From NCBI GenBank assembly GCA_030611745.1, contig JAUWPF010000002.1, forward strand, positions 1 to 32,305: 32,305 bases of DNA, in the 5' to 3' direction. The DNA is from Chloroflexota bacterium (lineage in GTDB: Bacteria > Chloroflexota > Dehalococcoidia > Dehalococcoidales > JAUWPF01). Position 1 is the stretch's first letter. Each line of letters opens with the position of its first letter. This document shows positions 9,426-19,399 of the stretch, piece by piece. The notes beneath the pieces are model-generated. The model was not told the DNA's origin. It searched no databases and saw only the letters and a list, made by a program, of their open reading frames with translations. Position numbers and translations under genes: made by a program.

Positions 9426-9455
9426 ACTATAACTTGCCCTGCCCTACCAGGTCAA
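9426..9455 (-). promoter_or_regulatory. Possible promoter for the DUF503-helicase operon (TTGACC-18 nt-TATAGT on the minus strand)
   Basis: The reverse complement of 9450..9455 is TTGACC and of 9426..9431 is TATAGT. It is divergent from the rpsO promoter. Confidence 0.4.
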
Positions 9456-9467
9456 GGACACCAAAAA

Positions 9468-9496
9468 TTTACACTCACCCCGGCTTATGCTATAAT
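9468..9496 (+). promoter_or_regulatory. Sigma70-like promoter for rpsO-pnp (TTTACA-17 nt-TATAAT)
   Basis: TTTACA lies at 9468..9473 and a perfect TATAAT at 9491..9496, with an exact 17-nt spacer. It is about 70 nt upstream of the rpsO TTG start. Confidence 0.55.
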
Positions 9497-9566
9497 TTCT
9501 TGACTTGATTCAACGCTTGACAAACAACTCAAGAATGTATCTACTATCAATGGACAGGAGTACAAG

Positions 9567-9827
9567 TTGGAAGAAAAAAAGACAGAAACTATAAATAAAT
9601 TCGGGCGTCACGAGGGAGATACCGGTTCGACCGAGGTACAGGTAGCCCTGCTCACCAAGAGGATAAACCAGCTGACCGAGCACATGGTAGCTAACCGGCA
9701 TGATTATCACACCGAGCGGGGTTTACTCAAGCTTGTCGGACAGAGAAAAAGGCTCCTCAGTTACCTGTCCAAATGTGACGTGAAACGGTATCACAGTCTG
9801 ATTGCCGAGCTCGGGCTGCGTAAGTAA
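9567..9827 (+). CDS. rpsO: 30S ribosomal protein S15
   Basis: [51 protein letters not shown] is a canonical S15 sequence. Confidence 0.95.
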   Translation: MEEKKTETINKFGRHEGDTGSTEVQVALLTKRINQLTEHMVANRHDYHTERGLLKLVGQRKRLLSYLSKCDVKRYHSLIAELGLRK

Positions 9828-9851
9828 TATTCCCCGGAAAGGAGATTCCCT

Positions 9852-12029
9852 TTGTTAACATCCCAGTCATTTGAATGTAAAGTCGGAGGTAGAAAGCTCA
9901 TCATAGATACCGGAAAGCTTGCCGGACAGGCAGGTGGAGCGGTAACCCTCCGCTATGGAGACACCGCAGTGCTGGTCACCGCATGTTCTGCCAGCGAGCC
10001 GCGAGAGGGCGTGGATTTTCTGCCGCTGACCATCGACTACGAGGAAAGACTATACGCCGCAGGCAAAATCCCTGGCGGCTTCATCAGGAGGGAGGGACGC
10101 CCCAGCCAGGAGGCAACCCTGGCCATGCGGCTTACCGACCGCCCCCTGCGCCCCCTTCTACCCAAGGCATGGCGTAATGATATCCAGGTTATAATTACCG
10201 TTCTTTCCGTTGACCACGAAAACGACCCTGATATCCTGGCAGTCATCGGCGGCTCAACGGCGCTCTCAATATCAGAGGTGCCATTTAAGGACCCGGTAAG
10301 CGCCGTCCACGTCGGCTACATTAACAATGAGCTTATCTTAAACCCAACGTTAGCCGAGCTTGAAGAGAGCCAGCTTGACTTAATCGTCGCCAGTACCAGG
10401 CAGGCAATAGTAATGCTTGAGGCAGGAGCCCGGGAGGTCTCAGATGATATTATTGTCCGGGCAATCAGGCTGGGGCACGAGGCAAACCAGCCCATTATTG
10501 AGCTCCAGGAGCAACTAAAGAAGGCCTGGGGAAAGCCCAAGCTTGAAGCCCCGGTTAGTGAACCCGACCCCGAAGTCATCTCCGCCGTTTCATCAATGCT
10601 CAAGGGCAGGCTTGACCAGGCCCTGAGTCAACCGGAGAAGTTACACCGCGAGCAGGCACTTGATGACCTGGGGAAAGAACTCGTAGGGAACTTAAATGAG
10701 TCATTCGCTGAAAAAGATATCCTGTCCGCCTTTGAGACAGGGCTCAGGGATAAAATAAGGGGTAACATCCTCAACAAAGCCCAGCGCATTGATGGACGCG
10801 GCCTGAAAGATGTTCGGCCCATCAGCTGTGAAACAGGACTTTTACCCCGCACCCATGGCTCAGCCCTGTTCGCCAGGGGGCAAACCCAGGTGCTGACCAT
10901 TACTACCCTGGGCTCGGTAGGTAAGGAACAGCGACTTGATGGGCTGGGAATAGAGGAGAGCAAGCGCTTCATCCACCATTACAATTTCCCGCCCTTCTCC
11001 AGCGGTGAGGTAAAACGCATCGGGACACCTAACCGCCGCGAAATAGGACACGGCGCCCTTGCGGAGCGGGCGCTTGCCCCGGTACTCCCCCATGATGAAG
11101 ATTTTCCCTACACCATTCGCCTTGTTTCAGAAGTGCTAAGCTCCAGCGGCAGCACGTCCATGGCCAGTGTCTGCGCCTCGAGCCTGTCGCTAATGGATGC
11201 CGGAGTGCCGATAAAGACCGCCGTAGCCGGAGTTGCCATGGGCCTGGTTACCGGTGATAACGGTAAATACGCTGTCCTGACCGATATTGCAGGCATCGAG
11301 GACGCCCATGGCGACATGGACTTCAAGGTAGCCGGAACCACTAATGGGATTACCGCCCTGCAGATGGATACCAAGCTTAAGGGCGTCAGTGTGGAAGTCC
11401 TGGAACAGGCACTAAGGGAGGCCGGTGAGGCACGCCGGTCCATCCTGGAAATAATGGGGCAGAGCCTGAGTTCCAGCCGCTCCGAACTCAGCCCCTACGC
11501 GCCCCGAATGTACAAGATAACGATTAACCCCGATAAGATTGGAAGTGTAATCGGCACCGGAGGTAAAACCATCAGGTCAATTATTGATGAGACCAAGACC
11601 AGCATCGATATTGACAATGACGGCACGGTGATTATCGGCTCACCCGATGAGCAGTCAGCCCGCAAAGCCATGGAAATCATCGAAGGCCTCACCAAGGACA
11701 TCGAGGTCGGCAGTATCTACACGGGAAAGGTAACCCGTATCCTCAACTTTGGTGCCATGGTAGAAATTTTACCCGGCAAAGAGGGTATGGTTCACATCAG
11801 TGAACTGGCTGAATACCGGGTAGCCAGAGTGGAGGATGTAGTCAAGATCGGCGATGAAATTACGGTTAAGGTAATCGATATTGACAACATGGGGAGGACA
11901 AACCTGTCACGGCGAGCCCTACTTGAAAAAGAAACCACGGTAAGAAATTCCCCATCAGGTAACCGCCCATTCCAAAAGCAACGTGAGTCTCGCCCTCCAC
12001 AGTACCCCCACCCCCCTGGAGACAGGTAG
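9852..12029 (+). CDS. pnp: Polyribonucleotide nucleotidyltransferase (PNPase)
   Basis: It contains two RNase PH domains, a KH domain (GKTIRSIIDETK) and an S1 domain (GKVTRILNFGAMVEILPGKEGMVHISEL). The TTG start has an AAAGGAG SD. Its position after rpsO is conserved. Confidence 0.97.
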   Translation: MLTSQSFECKVGGRKLIIDTGKLAGQAGGAVTLRYGDTAVLVTACSASEPREGVDFLPLTIDYEERLYAAGKIPGGFIRREGRPSQEATLAMRLTDRPLRPLLPKAWRNDIQVIITVLSVDHENDPDILAVIGGSTALSISEVPFKDPVSAVHVGYINNELILNPTLAELEESQLDLIVASTRQAIVMLEAGAREVSDDIIVRAIRLGHEANQPIIELQEQLKKAWGKPKLEAPVSEPDPEVISAVSSMLKGRLDQALSQPEKLHREQALDDLGKELVGNLNESFAEKDILSAFETGLRDKIRGNILNKAQRIDGRGLKDVRPISCETGLLPRTHGSALFARGQTQVLTITTLGSVGKEQRLDGLGIEESKRFIHHYNFPPFSSGEVKRIGTPNRREIGHGALAERALAPVLPHDEDFPYTIRLVSEVLSSSGSTSMASVCASSLSLMDAGVPIKTAVAGVAMGLVTGDNGKYAVLTDIAGIEDAHGDMDFKVAGTTNGITALQMDTKLKGVSVEVLEQALREAGEARRSILEIMGQSLSSSRSELSPYAPRMYKITINPDKIGSVIGTGGKTIRSIIDETKTSIDIDNDGTVIIGSPDEQSARKAMEIIEGLTKDIEVGSIYTGKVTRILNFGAMVEILPGKEGMVHISELAEYRVARVEDVVKIGDEITVKVIDIDNMGRTNLSRRALLEKETTVRNSPSGNRPFQKQRESRPPQYPHPPGDR

Positions 12030-12103
12030 TATCATCAAAATAAAGGGCACTGATATAGCCGGGATGAAAGCCAAGCAAAATACCCGGCAAGCGGAACCAA
12101 GCC

Positions 12104-12907
12104 ATGAAGCCAGTTAGAGTAATCGTAAACGGTGCCCTGGGTAGAATGGGGCAGGAGGTAATTAGTGCCCTCTGCCACGAACCTGAAACACAGCCGGTAG
12201 GTGCCGTGGAACTGAAAGCCTCCCCGGACTACCTTGAGCTGCCCGATGGCTCTGGCACCATACCCCTCTCTTCCGACCTGGAATACATCCTTCACCTTAC
12301 CAAGCCTGAAGTAATGGTAGATTTCACTACCGCCCGGGCTACCATGCCCGCGGTACGTACCGCCACCAAACACGGCGTCAACCTGGTGATAGGGACTACC
12401 GGCTTAACCGCCGACGAAACCGCTGAAATTGACCGCCTGGTGACAGCCCATAAGGTCGGGGCAGTAGTAGCCCCAAACTTCGCTCTGGGCGCAGTGCTCA
12501 TGATACACCTAGCCATGATAGCAGCTAAATACCTTGACTGTGCCGAAATCATAGAACTGCATCACCCGCAGAAGATTGATGCCCCCTCGGGAACGGCTCT
12601 GTCCACGGCCAGAGCCATGCTGGCCGCTAAAGGCAAACCATTCACCCAGGCTCCCCTGGGTGAAGCCTCACCCAGCCGGGGGCAGCAGCTTGAAGGCATC
12701 GCCATTCACAGCGTGCGGCTCCCGGGCCTCCTGGCTCACCAGGAGGTACTGCTGGGGGGACCGGGACAGACACTGAGCATCAGACACGATACCATCAGCC
12801 GGCAGTGCTATATGCCGGGTGTCATGCTGGCCATCAAGGAAGTAGTCAAACATCGGGGTCTAATTTACGGCCTCGACACCCTGCTCGGTCTACAGGAGGA
12901 ACAATGA
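12104..12907 (+). CDS. dapB: 4-hydroxy-tetrahydrodipicolinate reductase
   Basis: It has the N-terminal NAD-binding motif VNGALGRMGQEV, the EIIELHHPQKIDAPSGTA catalytic motif, and dap-operon context. Confidence 0.93.
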   Translation: MKPVRVIVNGALGRMGQEVISALCHEPETQPVGAVELKASPDYLELPDGSGTIPLSSDLEYILHLTKPEVMVDFTTARATMPAVRTATKHGVNLVIGTTGLTADETAEIDRLVTAHKVGAVVAPNFALGAVLMIHLAMIAAKYLDCAEIIELHHPQKIDAPSGTALSTARAMLAAKGKPFTQAPLGEASPSRGQQLEGIAIHSVRLPGLLAHQEVLLGGPGQTLSIRHDTISRQCYMPGVMLAIKEVVKHRGLIYGLDTLLGLQEEQ

Positions 12908-13929
12908 AGGAAGCCAGAGTGGCCATTGTCGGTGCCACCGGGCTGGTGGGACAGGAATTTATCAAGGTGCTGGAGCAGCGTAACTTCCCCGCGGCTTCAA
13001 TCCGCCTTTTAGCCTCGGAACGCTCTTCAGGGAAGAGGTTGTTTGTTAATCACCAGGAGGTTGAAGTCGAAGAGACGACTCCCGACTCATTCAAGGAAAC
13101 AGACATTGCCCTGTTTTCCGCCGGTGCCGAGATCAGCCACCACTTTTCACCTATAGCCGCTCAAGCAGGCGCCGTGGTTGTTGATAATAGCTCCGCCTTT
13201 AGAATGGAACCCAGGGTCCCCCTGGTAGTACCGGAAGTCAATCCCGAGGATATCAAATGGCATAAGGGAATTATCGCCAATCCTAACTGCTCTACCATTC
13301 AAATGGTAGTGGCCCTGTACCCGCTGCACAAGGTCAATCCCATCAAGCGTATTATCGTTGATACCTACCAGGCGGTGTCAGGCACCGGTTCCGCGGCAGT
13401 GGATGAGCTAACTACACAAGCAAGACAGGTACTGGACGGGCAAAACACTACCCCCCACGTCTATCCCCACCAGATTGCCTTTAACACCCTGCCAGAGATT
13501 GATGTCTTTCTGGACAATGGCTACACCAAAGAAGAATGGAAAATGGTCGAAGAAACGAAAAAGATAATGCACGCCGATAACATAGCCATTTCAGCTACCT
13601 GCGTTCGGGTACCGGTGTTTATCGGGCACAGTGAAGCGGTTACCGTAGAATTCTCCCGGCCGATGCTCCCTGACGAGGCTCAGCGTATCCTCGCCCAGGC
13701 ACCCGGAGTCAAGGTACTGGACGATACTGCCATCAGTCTCTATCCCCAGCCGTGGTCGGCTGCCGGCACTGATGAAGTCTTTGTGGGGCGGATTCGCAAG
13801 GATTCATCTCACCCCAACGGCCTGGTTATGTGGATTGTCGCCGACAACCTGCGTAAGGGGGCAGCCTTAAACACCGTCCAGATTGCCGAGGAAGTGATTA
13901 AGCGAGGGTGGCTCCACCCCGGAGGGTAA
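12904..13929 (+). CDS. asd: Aspartate-semialdehyde dehydrogenase
   Basis: It shows MKEARVAIVGATGLVGQE, the active-site motif NPNCSTIQMVVAL, and DNLRKGAA. The start is set at ATG 12904, which has an AGGAGG SD and an ATGA overlap with the dapB stop. The track ORF start at 12805 lies inside dapB. Confidence 0.93.
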   Translation: MKEARVAIVGATGLVGQEFIKVLEQRNFPAASIRLLASERSSGKRLFVNHQEVEVEETTPDSFKETDIALFSAGAEISHHFSPIAAQAGAVVVDNSSAFRMEPRVPLVVPEVNPEDIKWHKGIIANPNCSTIQMVVALYPLHKVNPIKRIIVDTYQAVSGTGSAAVDELTTQARQVLDGQNTTPHVYPHQIAFNTLPEIDVFLDNGYTKEEWKMVEETKKIMHADNIAISATCVRVPVFIGHSEAVTVEFSRPMLPDEAQRILAQAPGVKVLDDTAISLYPQPWSAAGTDEVFVGRIRKDSSHPNGLVMWIVADNLRKGAALNTVQIAEEVIKRGWLHPGG

Positions 13930-13933
13930 GAAA

Positions 13934-14827
13934 ATGGAAAAGGTGGGACGATTAATTACCGCCATGGCAACCCCGTTTAACCAGGAAGGGGCGGTTAATT
14001 ACGAGCAGGCAAAGAGACTCGCCCTCGCCCTGCTCAACTCAGGCAGCGACGGGTTGGTAATCTCAGGGACAACCGGCGAATCTCCCACCCTCACCCGGGA
14101 GGAAAAGCTGCGCTTATTCTCTAAGGTCAAATCAGCCACAGGTAACCGGGGAACAGTAATCGCCGGCACCGGTAGCAACAGCACCTCCCAGAGCCTGGAA
14201 CTAACCAGGGAAGCGGAGAAAACCGGGGTTGACGCCTGCCTGCTGGTAGTCCCCTACTACAACAAGCCTACGCAGGAGGGCCTCTACCAGCACTTCAAGG
14301 CCATCGCTAACGGGACCAGTTTACCCTGCATCCTCTATAACGTGCCATCACGCACCGTTACCAGCCTGTCAGCCGACACCACTATCAGGTTAAGCCAGAT
14401 AGATAACATCATCGGGGTAAAGGAGGCAAGCTCCAATCTGGGTCAAATTGCCCGGATTATTGACAACACAAAAAGTGACTTCTTGGTATGGAGTGGTAAT
14501 GACGGTGATACCCTACCGATAATGGCCTTAGGGGGCTACGGCCTCATCAGCGTCGCCTCTCACCTGGTCGGTAACCAGCTTAAGGAAATGATTAACGCCA
14601 TGACCAATGGCAGGATAGGCCAGGCCGCTAAAATCCACCACCACCTTCTACCCTTAATTGACGCCCTGTTTGTAATATCCAACCCCGTCCCGGTCAAATA
14701 TGCCCTGAACCATATCGGCTTTGATGTCGGGAAACCACGCCTGCCGCTCACCGAACCTGACGAAAAAACAGCCTCCCTCATCAGGGAGACCCTCAAAGGT
14801 TACCAAACTGACCTGCCGCTGGGCTAA
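13934..14827 (+). CDS. dapA: 4-hydroxy-tetrahydrodipicolinate synthase
   Basis: It has the DapA motifs ITAMATPF, GTTGESPTLT, VVPYYNKPTQEG and YNVPSRT, and the active-site lysine context IIGVKEAS. Confidence 0.93.
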   Translation: MEKVGRLITAMATPFNQEGAVNYEQAKRLALALLNSGSDGLVISGTTGESPTLTREEKLRLFSKVKSATGNRGTVIAGTGSNSTSQSLELTREAEKTGVDACLLVVPYYNKPTQEGLYQHFKAIANGTSLPCILYNVPSRTVTSLSADTTIRLSQIDNIIGVKEASSNLGQIARIIDNTKSDFLVWSGNDGDTLPIMALGGYGLISVASHLVGNQLKEMINAMTNGRIGQAAKIHHHLLPLIDALFVISNPVPVKYALNHIGFDVGKPRLPLTEPDEKTASLIRETLKGYQTDLPLG

Positions 14828-16107
14828 AGGATAGGCTTCTTCAAGATGGTCTGCTCCCGTCCTGCTCCCACAGAAACGAGATTGACCGGGCACGAGATGA
14901 GCTCTTCTAACCTTGCTAGATACTGGCGGGCTTCAAACGGCAACTGCTCGTACCGCCGGATATCACTGGTCGGAGTCTGCCAGCCGGGCAGCTCTTCATA
15001 GACAGGCTCACACCTGGCCAGGGCAGTAACACTGGGCGGGAAGTAATTAATAGTCTCGCCATCCCCTCTGTAGCCAATACATATCTTCAAATGAGGCAAA
15101 ACGTCAAGGATGTCGAGGCGAGTGATTGCTACCCCGGTAAATCCATTAATTCGGGCGCTAAAACGAGCGGCAACGCCATCAAACCAACCACAGCGGCGCG
15201 GCCTGCCCGTAGTAGTCCCATACTCATGAGCCCGTTCCCGAAGCAGGTCACCGGTCTCATCTTCCAGCTCGGTAGGCATCGGACCACTGCCAACCCTGGT
15301 GCAATAAGCCTTAAAAACACCCACAACGCGACTTATCCGGCCGGGACCAAGTCCGGCCCCCAAACAGCTTCCTCCCGCCAGCGGTGAAGAAGAGGTAGTA
15401 TAAGGATAGGTGCCAAAATCAGGGTCAAGCAAAGCCCCCTGGGCTCCCTCCAGTAAAACCAGCTCCTCCCGGTTAAGCGCTTCCTCCACCATCACAGTCG
15501 TTTCCCGAATACAAGGCGCCAGGCGCTCCCCGTAATGGTGGTACTGATTGTAAATCTCATCTGCCGATAAAGGGCTTTCCCCATAAACCCCGGTCAGGAT
15601 AGCGTTCTTGTAAGCAAGGACAAGCTGGAGCCGCTCCCAAAACAGCTCCCTGTCCAGGAGGTCACCTGTCCTGATACCCAACCTGGCCACCTTATCAGCA
15701 AAAGCCGGACCGATACCCTTGAGGGTTGTCCCCAACGCTTTCTTACCCCGCCACCTCTCTTCCAGCCCATCGAGCAGGGTATGATACGGCATAATCAAAT
15801 GAGCACGGTCACTGATAAACAGCCGGCTCGTATCCACGCCACGCCGGTTAAGCTGGTCTACCTCGTCGATTAGCACCGCAGGATTAATCACCACACCGTT
15901 ACCGATAATACAAGTGGCATGCGGGGAGCAAATGCCCGATGGAATGAGGTGCAATCTGAACTCACCCTGAGAGTTGACCACAGTATGCCCGGCATTATCC
16001 CCACCGGAAAAACGGACTACCATGTTCGCCTTCTCAGCCAGCAGGTCAACCACCTTGCCCTTACCCTCGTCTCCCCACTGGGCTCCAATAATAGCTATCG
16101 CCGGCAT
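14824..16107 (-). CDS. purA: Adenylosuccinate synthetase
   Basis: It has the GAQWGDEGKGKVVD P-loop, GGDNAGHTV and GTTxxGIGPAxxDK motifs. The length (427 aa) is typical. Confidence 0.96.
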   Translation of the reverse strand: MPAIAIIGAQWGDEGKGKVVDLLAEKANMVVRFSGGDNAGHTVVNSQGEFRLHLIPSGICSPHATCIIGNGVVINPAVLIDEVDQLNRRGVDTSRLFISDRAHLIMPYHTLLDGLEERWRGKKALGTTLKGIGPAFADKVARLGIRTGDLLDRELFWERLQLVLAYKNAILTGVYGESPLSADEIYNQYHHYGERLAPCIRETTVMVEEALNREELVLLEGAQGALLDPDFGTYPYTTSSSPLAGGSCLGAGLGPGRISRVVGVFKAYCTRVGSGPMPTELEDETGDLLRERAHEYGTTTGRPRRCGWFDGVAARFSARINGFTGVAITRLDILDVLPHLKICIGYRGDGETINYFPPSVTALARCEPVYEELPGWQTPTSDIRRYEQLPFEARQYLARLEELISCPVNLVSVGAGREQTILKKPIL

Positions 16108-16173
16108 TTTTTCTCCTCTAGACTTGTATCACCCCAAACAGACTAAACGGGGTTTAGCTCTTCCGGTAATAGA

Positions 16174-16362
16174 TTACTCCCTTGCCATATAGTTCTTACC
16201 CCAGTAGTGGAGTAAAAACCCGCCACCAACAATCTCAACTACAAGACCAACTACCACCACCCACTCCCAGGCTAACACCCCGAGGACTATTCCCAGTATT
16301 ATCCACAATACAACCGCCGCCGTCAGCCCAATAAGACTTGTCTCAAACGCCTTGTCAGTCAT
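16174..16362 (-). CDS. Hypothetical small membrane protein (62 aa, two predicted TM helices)
   Basis: The ORF has an AAGGAGG SD 7 nt upstream of its ATG and two hydrophobic stretches (LIGLTAAVVLWIILGIVLGVLAW and VVVGLVVEIVGGGFLL). I recognise no family. Confidence 0.45.
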   Translation of the reverse strand: MTDKAFETSLIGLTAAVVLWIILGIVLGVLAWEWVVVVGLVVEIVGGGFLLHYWGKNYMARE

Positions 16363-16433
16363 TACACCTACCTCCTTGACCAGGTCTTCTTAATTTATAA
16401 CATATAAGCACTGTAAATGAAAAGAGCCAGAGG

Positions 16434-17063
16434 TTACTTAGCCTGTGTTTGTTGCCTCACACAAAGCAACCGCTGACCCACTGTGATAAAGCTCAGTACC
16501 GCGATGACAGTCAGTGCAACAACCAGGGCACCCGCAATGTGGGCCAGCAGAAGCCCCAGCGCCAGCACAATGACCCTCTCCGGCCGGGTAAACAGCCCCA
16601 CCTGGCACTCCAAGCCCACCGCTTCCGCCCTGGCCCTGATATAACTCACCAGCACCGAACCGAGCAAGGCAACACCAACAAGCAAGATTGACCATTCCTT
16701 GATAAACAGGGAAAATAAAACTGACTGCTCTTCCGTAAATAAAAATAATACCAAAATGCTGAGCAGCACCACTGCCTCAGCCAAACGGTCAAGCGTGGAG
16801 TCAAGGACAGCACCAAAGCGGCTGACCTGATTGGTATAACGAGCTACCGCCCCATCCAGGATATCAAAAAAACCGCCGGCAAGCATCACGAAACCAGCCG
16901 CCAGGAGGTACTGGTTAATAATCAGTGCCGCAGCACCAGCAGTCAACAGGAAACCGAGCCAGGTTATGGCATCAGGCGATACTTTTGACTTCGCCACAAA
17001 GCGCGCTACCGGCTGGATAAAATAACCGGCGATATTTCTCCGAACTTCGGATAACCTGACCAT
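16434..17063 (-). CDS. CDP-alcohol phosphatidyltransferase, phosphatidylinositol-phosphate synthase-like (PgsA1/AIP-synthase type)
   Basis: It has the signature DILDGAVARYTNQVSRFGAVLDSTLDRLAEA, which fits D-G-x2-A-R-x8-G-x3-D-x3-D. The later SYIRARAEAVGL...TRPERV block resembles mycobacterial PgsA1. Its size is about 209 aa, and the genes immediately upstream in the same operon direction are a PimA-like GT4 and ino1. Confidence 0.8.
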   Translation of the reverse strand: MVRLSEVRRNIAGYFIQPVARFVAKSKVSPDAITWLGFLLTAGAAALIINQYLLAAGFVMLAGGFFDILDGAVARYTNQVSRFGAVLDSTLDRLAEAVVLLSILVLFLFTEEQSVLFSLFIKEWSILLVGVALLGSVLVSYIRARAEAVGLECQVGLFTRPERVIVLALGLLLAHIAGALVVALTVIAVLSFITVGQRLLCVRQQTQAK

Positions 17064-17111
17064 TAACTACTTTTTTCCGGGCAACTACCCGAGCCATCCT
17101 CTACTGCGCCC

Positions 17112-18284
17112 CTAAACCGAGAGCGGCACCGCCTTAAACTGCGGATAACGTGCCCTCCACGGTGGCTCGCCAAGCACCCTCATATAATAATTCAAAACCC
17201 GCTGCGCAATATGTTCCCAGCTATACTCCTCCGCCTTAAGCCTTCCCCTGGCTCCCATCTGCTGCCGAAGCGCCCCATCACTCAAAAGGCAGACGAGCGC
17301 CTGGGCCAACATTTCCTCATTCCTGGGCGGTACGAGTAGTCCGTCAACGCCATGAGCTACTACCCGGGCATAACCATCTATATTGGAGGCAACAATCGGC
17401 TTGCCAACAGCCATCGCCTCAAGTAAAACGATACCAAAACTCTCCCACCCCGTAGCCGGCGCACAAAAAACGTCGGCCGCCTTGTAGTACCGGGGCAACT
17501 CGTCATAGTCTGCATAGCCAACAAAAACGACGTCCCTGAGGCCGCTGTGTCTTACCTCCCGCTCGTATCCCTTACGCAATCTGGTGCCCGGGCCAACTAC
17601 GATAAGCCGTGAGTCAGGGACCTCCTGTTGGACCTGGTAAAAAGCCTTGAGCAGATAGTCCAGCCCCTTCCGTCTCTCCAGGCGACCAACAAACAGAACA
17701 TTGAGCTTACCATCGCAGAACCTGTCAATCGGGGCTACATCAGGAGAAAAATGACTTATGTCAACACCATTAGGGATAACATTGTAGTATCCGGCAAAGT
17801 GGCCGGAGGCAAATTCCCGGGCGGGTTTAGACACGGCAATCTTACCATCAAGCCTGCGGAACCACCTCTTCAAAATCCACTTACCCACAGGCTTGGCGAA
17901 GTCATACCCTGGCTTGCCCTGCCAGGCGTGAAAGGTACCGATATTTGCTGTCTGTGACAAACGAAGCACGGTAGTGCATAGCATCGGCATTAGCGGCTCA
18001 TGAAGGTGGACAATATCAAACTTTTCTTCATCAAGCACCGCCTTCACCCGGGATGAGAGCCACGGTGAGATAGTAAGCCGGGCGATAGAACCGCTGGTAG
18101 GAATAGGTCGGGGGGTCCCGATAGGTATGAACCTGTCACCAAGGCCGGAGGCAGCTTTGGACGCGGGGGCAACAATCCTTACCTCATGACCCATCCGGGT
18201 AAAATAACGCTCAAGGCAGGAGATATGATTGGTAACGCCTCCCGGATAAGCAAAGTCATAAGGGGAGACTAGCGCTATCTTCAT
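17112..18284 (-). CDS. GT4 (GT-B) glycosyltransferase, PimA-like (phosphatidylinositol mannosyltransferase family)
   Basis: It shows MKIALVSPYDFAYPGGVTNHI, HLHEP, IPNGVD, FVGRLERRKG and the ESFGIVLLEAMAVGKPIVAS (EX7E region). These are colinear with what I recall of mycobacterial PimA. It is flanked by ino1 and the PIP-synthase-like gene. Confidence 0.8.
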   Translation of the reverse strand: MKIALVSPYDFAYPGGVTNHISCLERYFTRMGHEVRIVAPASKAASGLGDRFIPIGTPRPIPTSGSIARLTISPWLSSRVKAVLDEEKFDIVHLHEPLMPMLCTTVLRLSQTANIGTFHAWQGKPGYDFAKPVGKWILKRWFRRLDGKIAVSKPAREFASGHFAGYYNVIPNGVDISHFSPDVAPIDRFCDGKLNVLFVGRLERRKGLDYLLKAFYQVQQEVPDSRLIVVGPGTRLRKGYEREVRHSGLRDVVFVGYADYDELPRYYKAADVFCAPATGWESFGIVLLEAMAVGKPIVASNIDGYARVVAHGVDGLLVPPRNEEMLAQALVCLLSDGALRQQMGARGRLKAEEYSWEHIAQRVLNYYMRVLGEPPWRARYPQFKAVPLSV

Positions 18285-18313
18285 TAACTGATGCCTATAA
18301 CCTTCTCACGAAT

Positions 18314-19399
18314 TCAGCCTGTTTCTGGTTTATCCGCGACAATGAATTCCTCTACCATCTGCCGGGCTGCGTCATCGGTATATTGAACCGGTGGCGACTT
18401 CATAAAATAGGCAGACGGAGCCTCCAGCGCCCCCTTCAGTCCGCGGTCCAGGGCAAGTTTGCAGCACCTTAAAGCATCAATAACCACCCCGGCCGAGTTA
18501 GGGCTATCCCAAACCTCAAGCTTCAACTCCAGGTCCAGCGGGACATCACCGAAGGTCCGTCCCTCCATCCTGATATGACAGAACTTGCGGTCTTTAAGCC
18601 AGGGGACATAATCGCTGGGACCAACATGAATATCATCCGAGGGAAGTTTGTAGTCCAGCTGGGAGGTAACCGAGGTAGTCTTGGATATCTTCTTGGATTC
18701 GAGACGCTCCCGTTCCAGCATATTATAGAAGTCAGTGTTACCACCAAAGTTCAACTGATAAGTCCGCTCCAGCTTGACACCACGGTCTCTGAAAAGGCGG
18801 GTAAGGACACGATGGACAATAGTAGCCCCTACCTGGGACTTTACATCATCGCCAATAACCGGGAGTCCCTGTTCAGCGAAGCGCTCCTGCCAGTATTTCT
18901 CTCTGGCGATAAAAACGGGAATGCAATTAACAAAGCCACAGCCAGCCGCCAGTACCTGCTCAATATACCACTTGGTTGCCTCTTCACTACCCACAGGTAA
19001 GTAATTAAGCACCACATCAGTCTTGGTTTCCTTAAGAATACGGACAATATCAGCCGTCTTGCCCGGTGCCTTCTCAATTATCTGAGACAAATACTTGCCC
19101 AAGCCGTCATGAGTCATACCCCGGTTAACCTTGACACCAGTGGCCGGTACATCACAAAACCTGAAGGTATTATTGGGGGGAGTGAAGACTGCCTGCTCCA
19201 GCTCTTTTCCTACCTTATTCTTATCAATATCAAAGGCAGCCACAAAGTTAATATCGCTTATATGGTAACCACCCAGATTAACATGCATAAGTCCAGGCAC
19301 AAAGTCAGTCTCTTTCGCCTTCTTATAATAGTAAACGCCCTGCACTAACGACGAGGCACAATTGCCAACCCCTATTATAGCTACATTTATCTTGCCCAA
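18314..19399 (-). CDS. ino1: myo-inositol-1-phosphate synthase (short bacterial/archaeal type, TTG start)
   Basis: It has the [21 protein letters not shown]-terminal NAD-binding motif, [21 protein letters not shown] and the SYFMKSPP motif, all typical of Ino1. Confidence 0.92.
   Translation of the reverse strand: MGKINVAIIGVGNCASSLVQGVYYYKKAKETDFVPGLMHVNLGGYHISDINFVAAFDIDKNKVGKELEQAVFTPPNNTFRFCDVPATGVKVNRGMTHDGLGKYLSQIIEKAPGKTADIVRILKETKTDVVLNYLPVGSEEATKWYIEQVLAAGCGFVNCIPVFIAREKYWQERFAEQGLPVIGDDVKSQVGATIVHRVLTRLFRDRGVKLERTYQLNFGGNTDFYNMLERERLESKKISKTTSVTSQLDYKLPSDDIHVGPSDYVPWLKDRKFCHIRMEGRTFGDVPLDLELKLEVWDSPNSAGVVIDALRCCKLALDRGLKGALEAPSAYFMKSPPVQYTDDAARQMVEEFIVADKPETG

Noticed and set aside
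12805-12903. N-terminal extensions suggested by the ORF track for asd (12805), lgt (5963) and galU (4057).
   Set aside because: The extensions overlap the preceding gene and lack homology-like sequence. Internal ATGs with good SDs and ATGA-type coupling give canonical N-termini.
16434-19399. The inositol cluster as a di-myo-inositol-phosphate (compatible solute) pathway.
   Set aside because: No cytidylyltransferase (IPCT) domain is fused to or adjacent to the CDP-alcohol transferase. A PimA-like GT4 is present, which favours lipid (PI/PIM) synthesis. I could not fully exclude this alternative without phylogeny.
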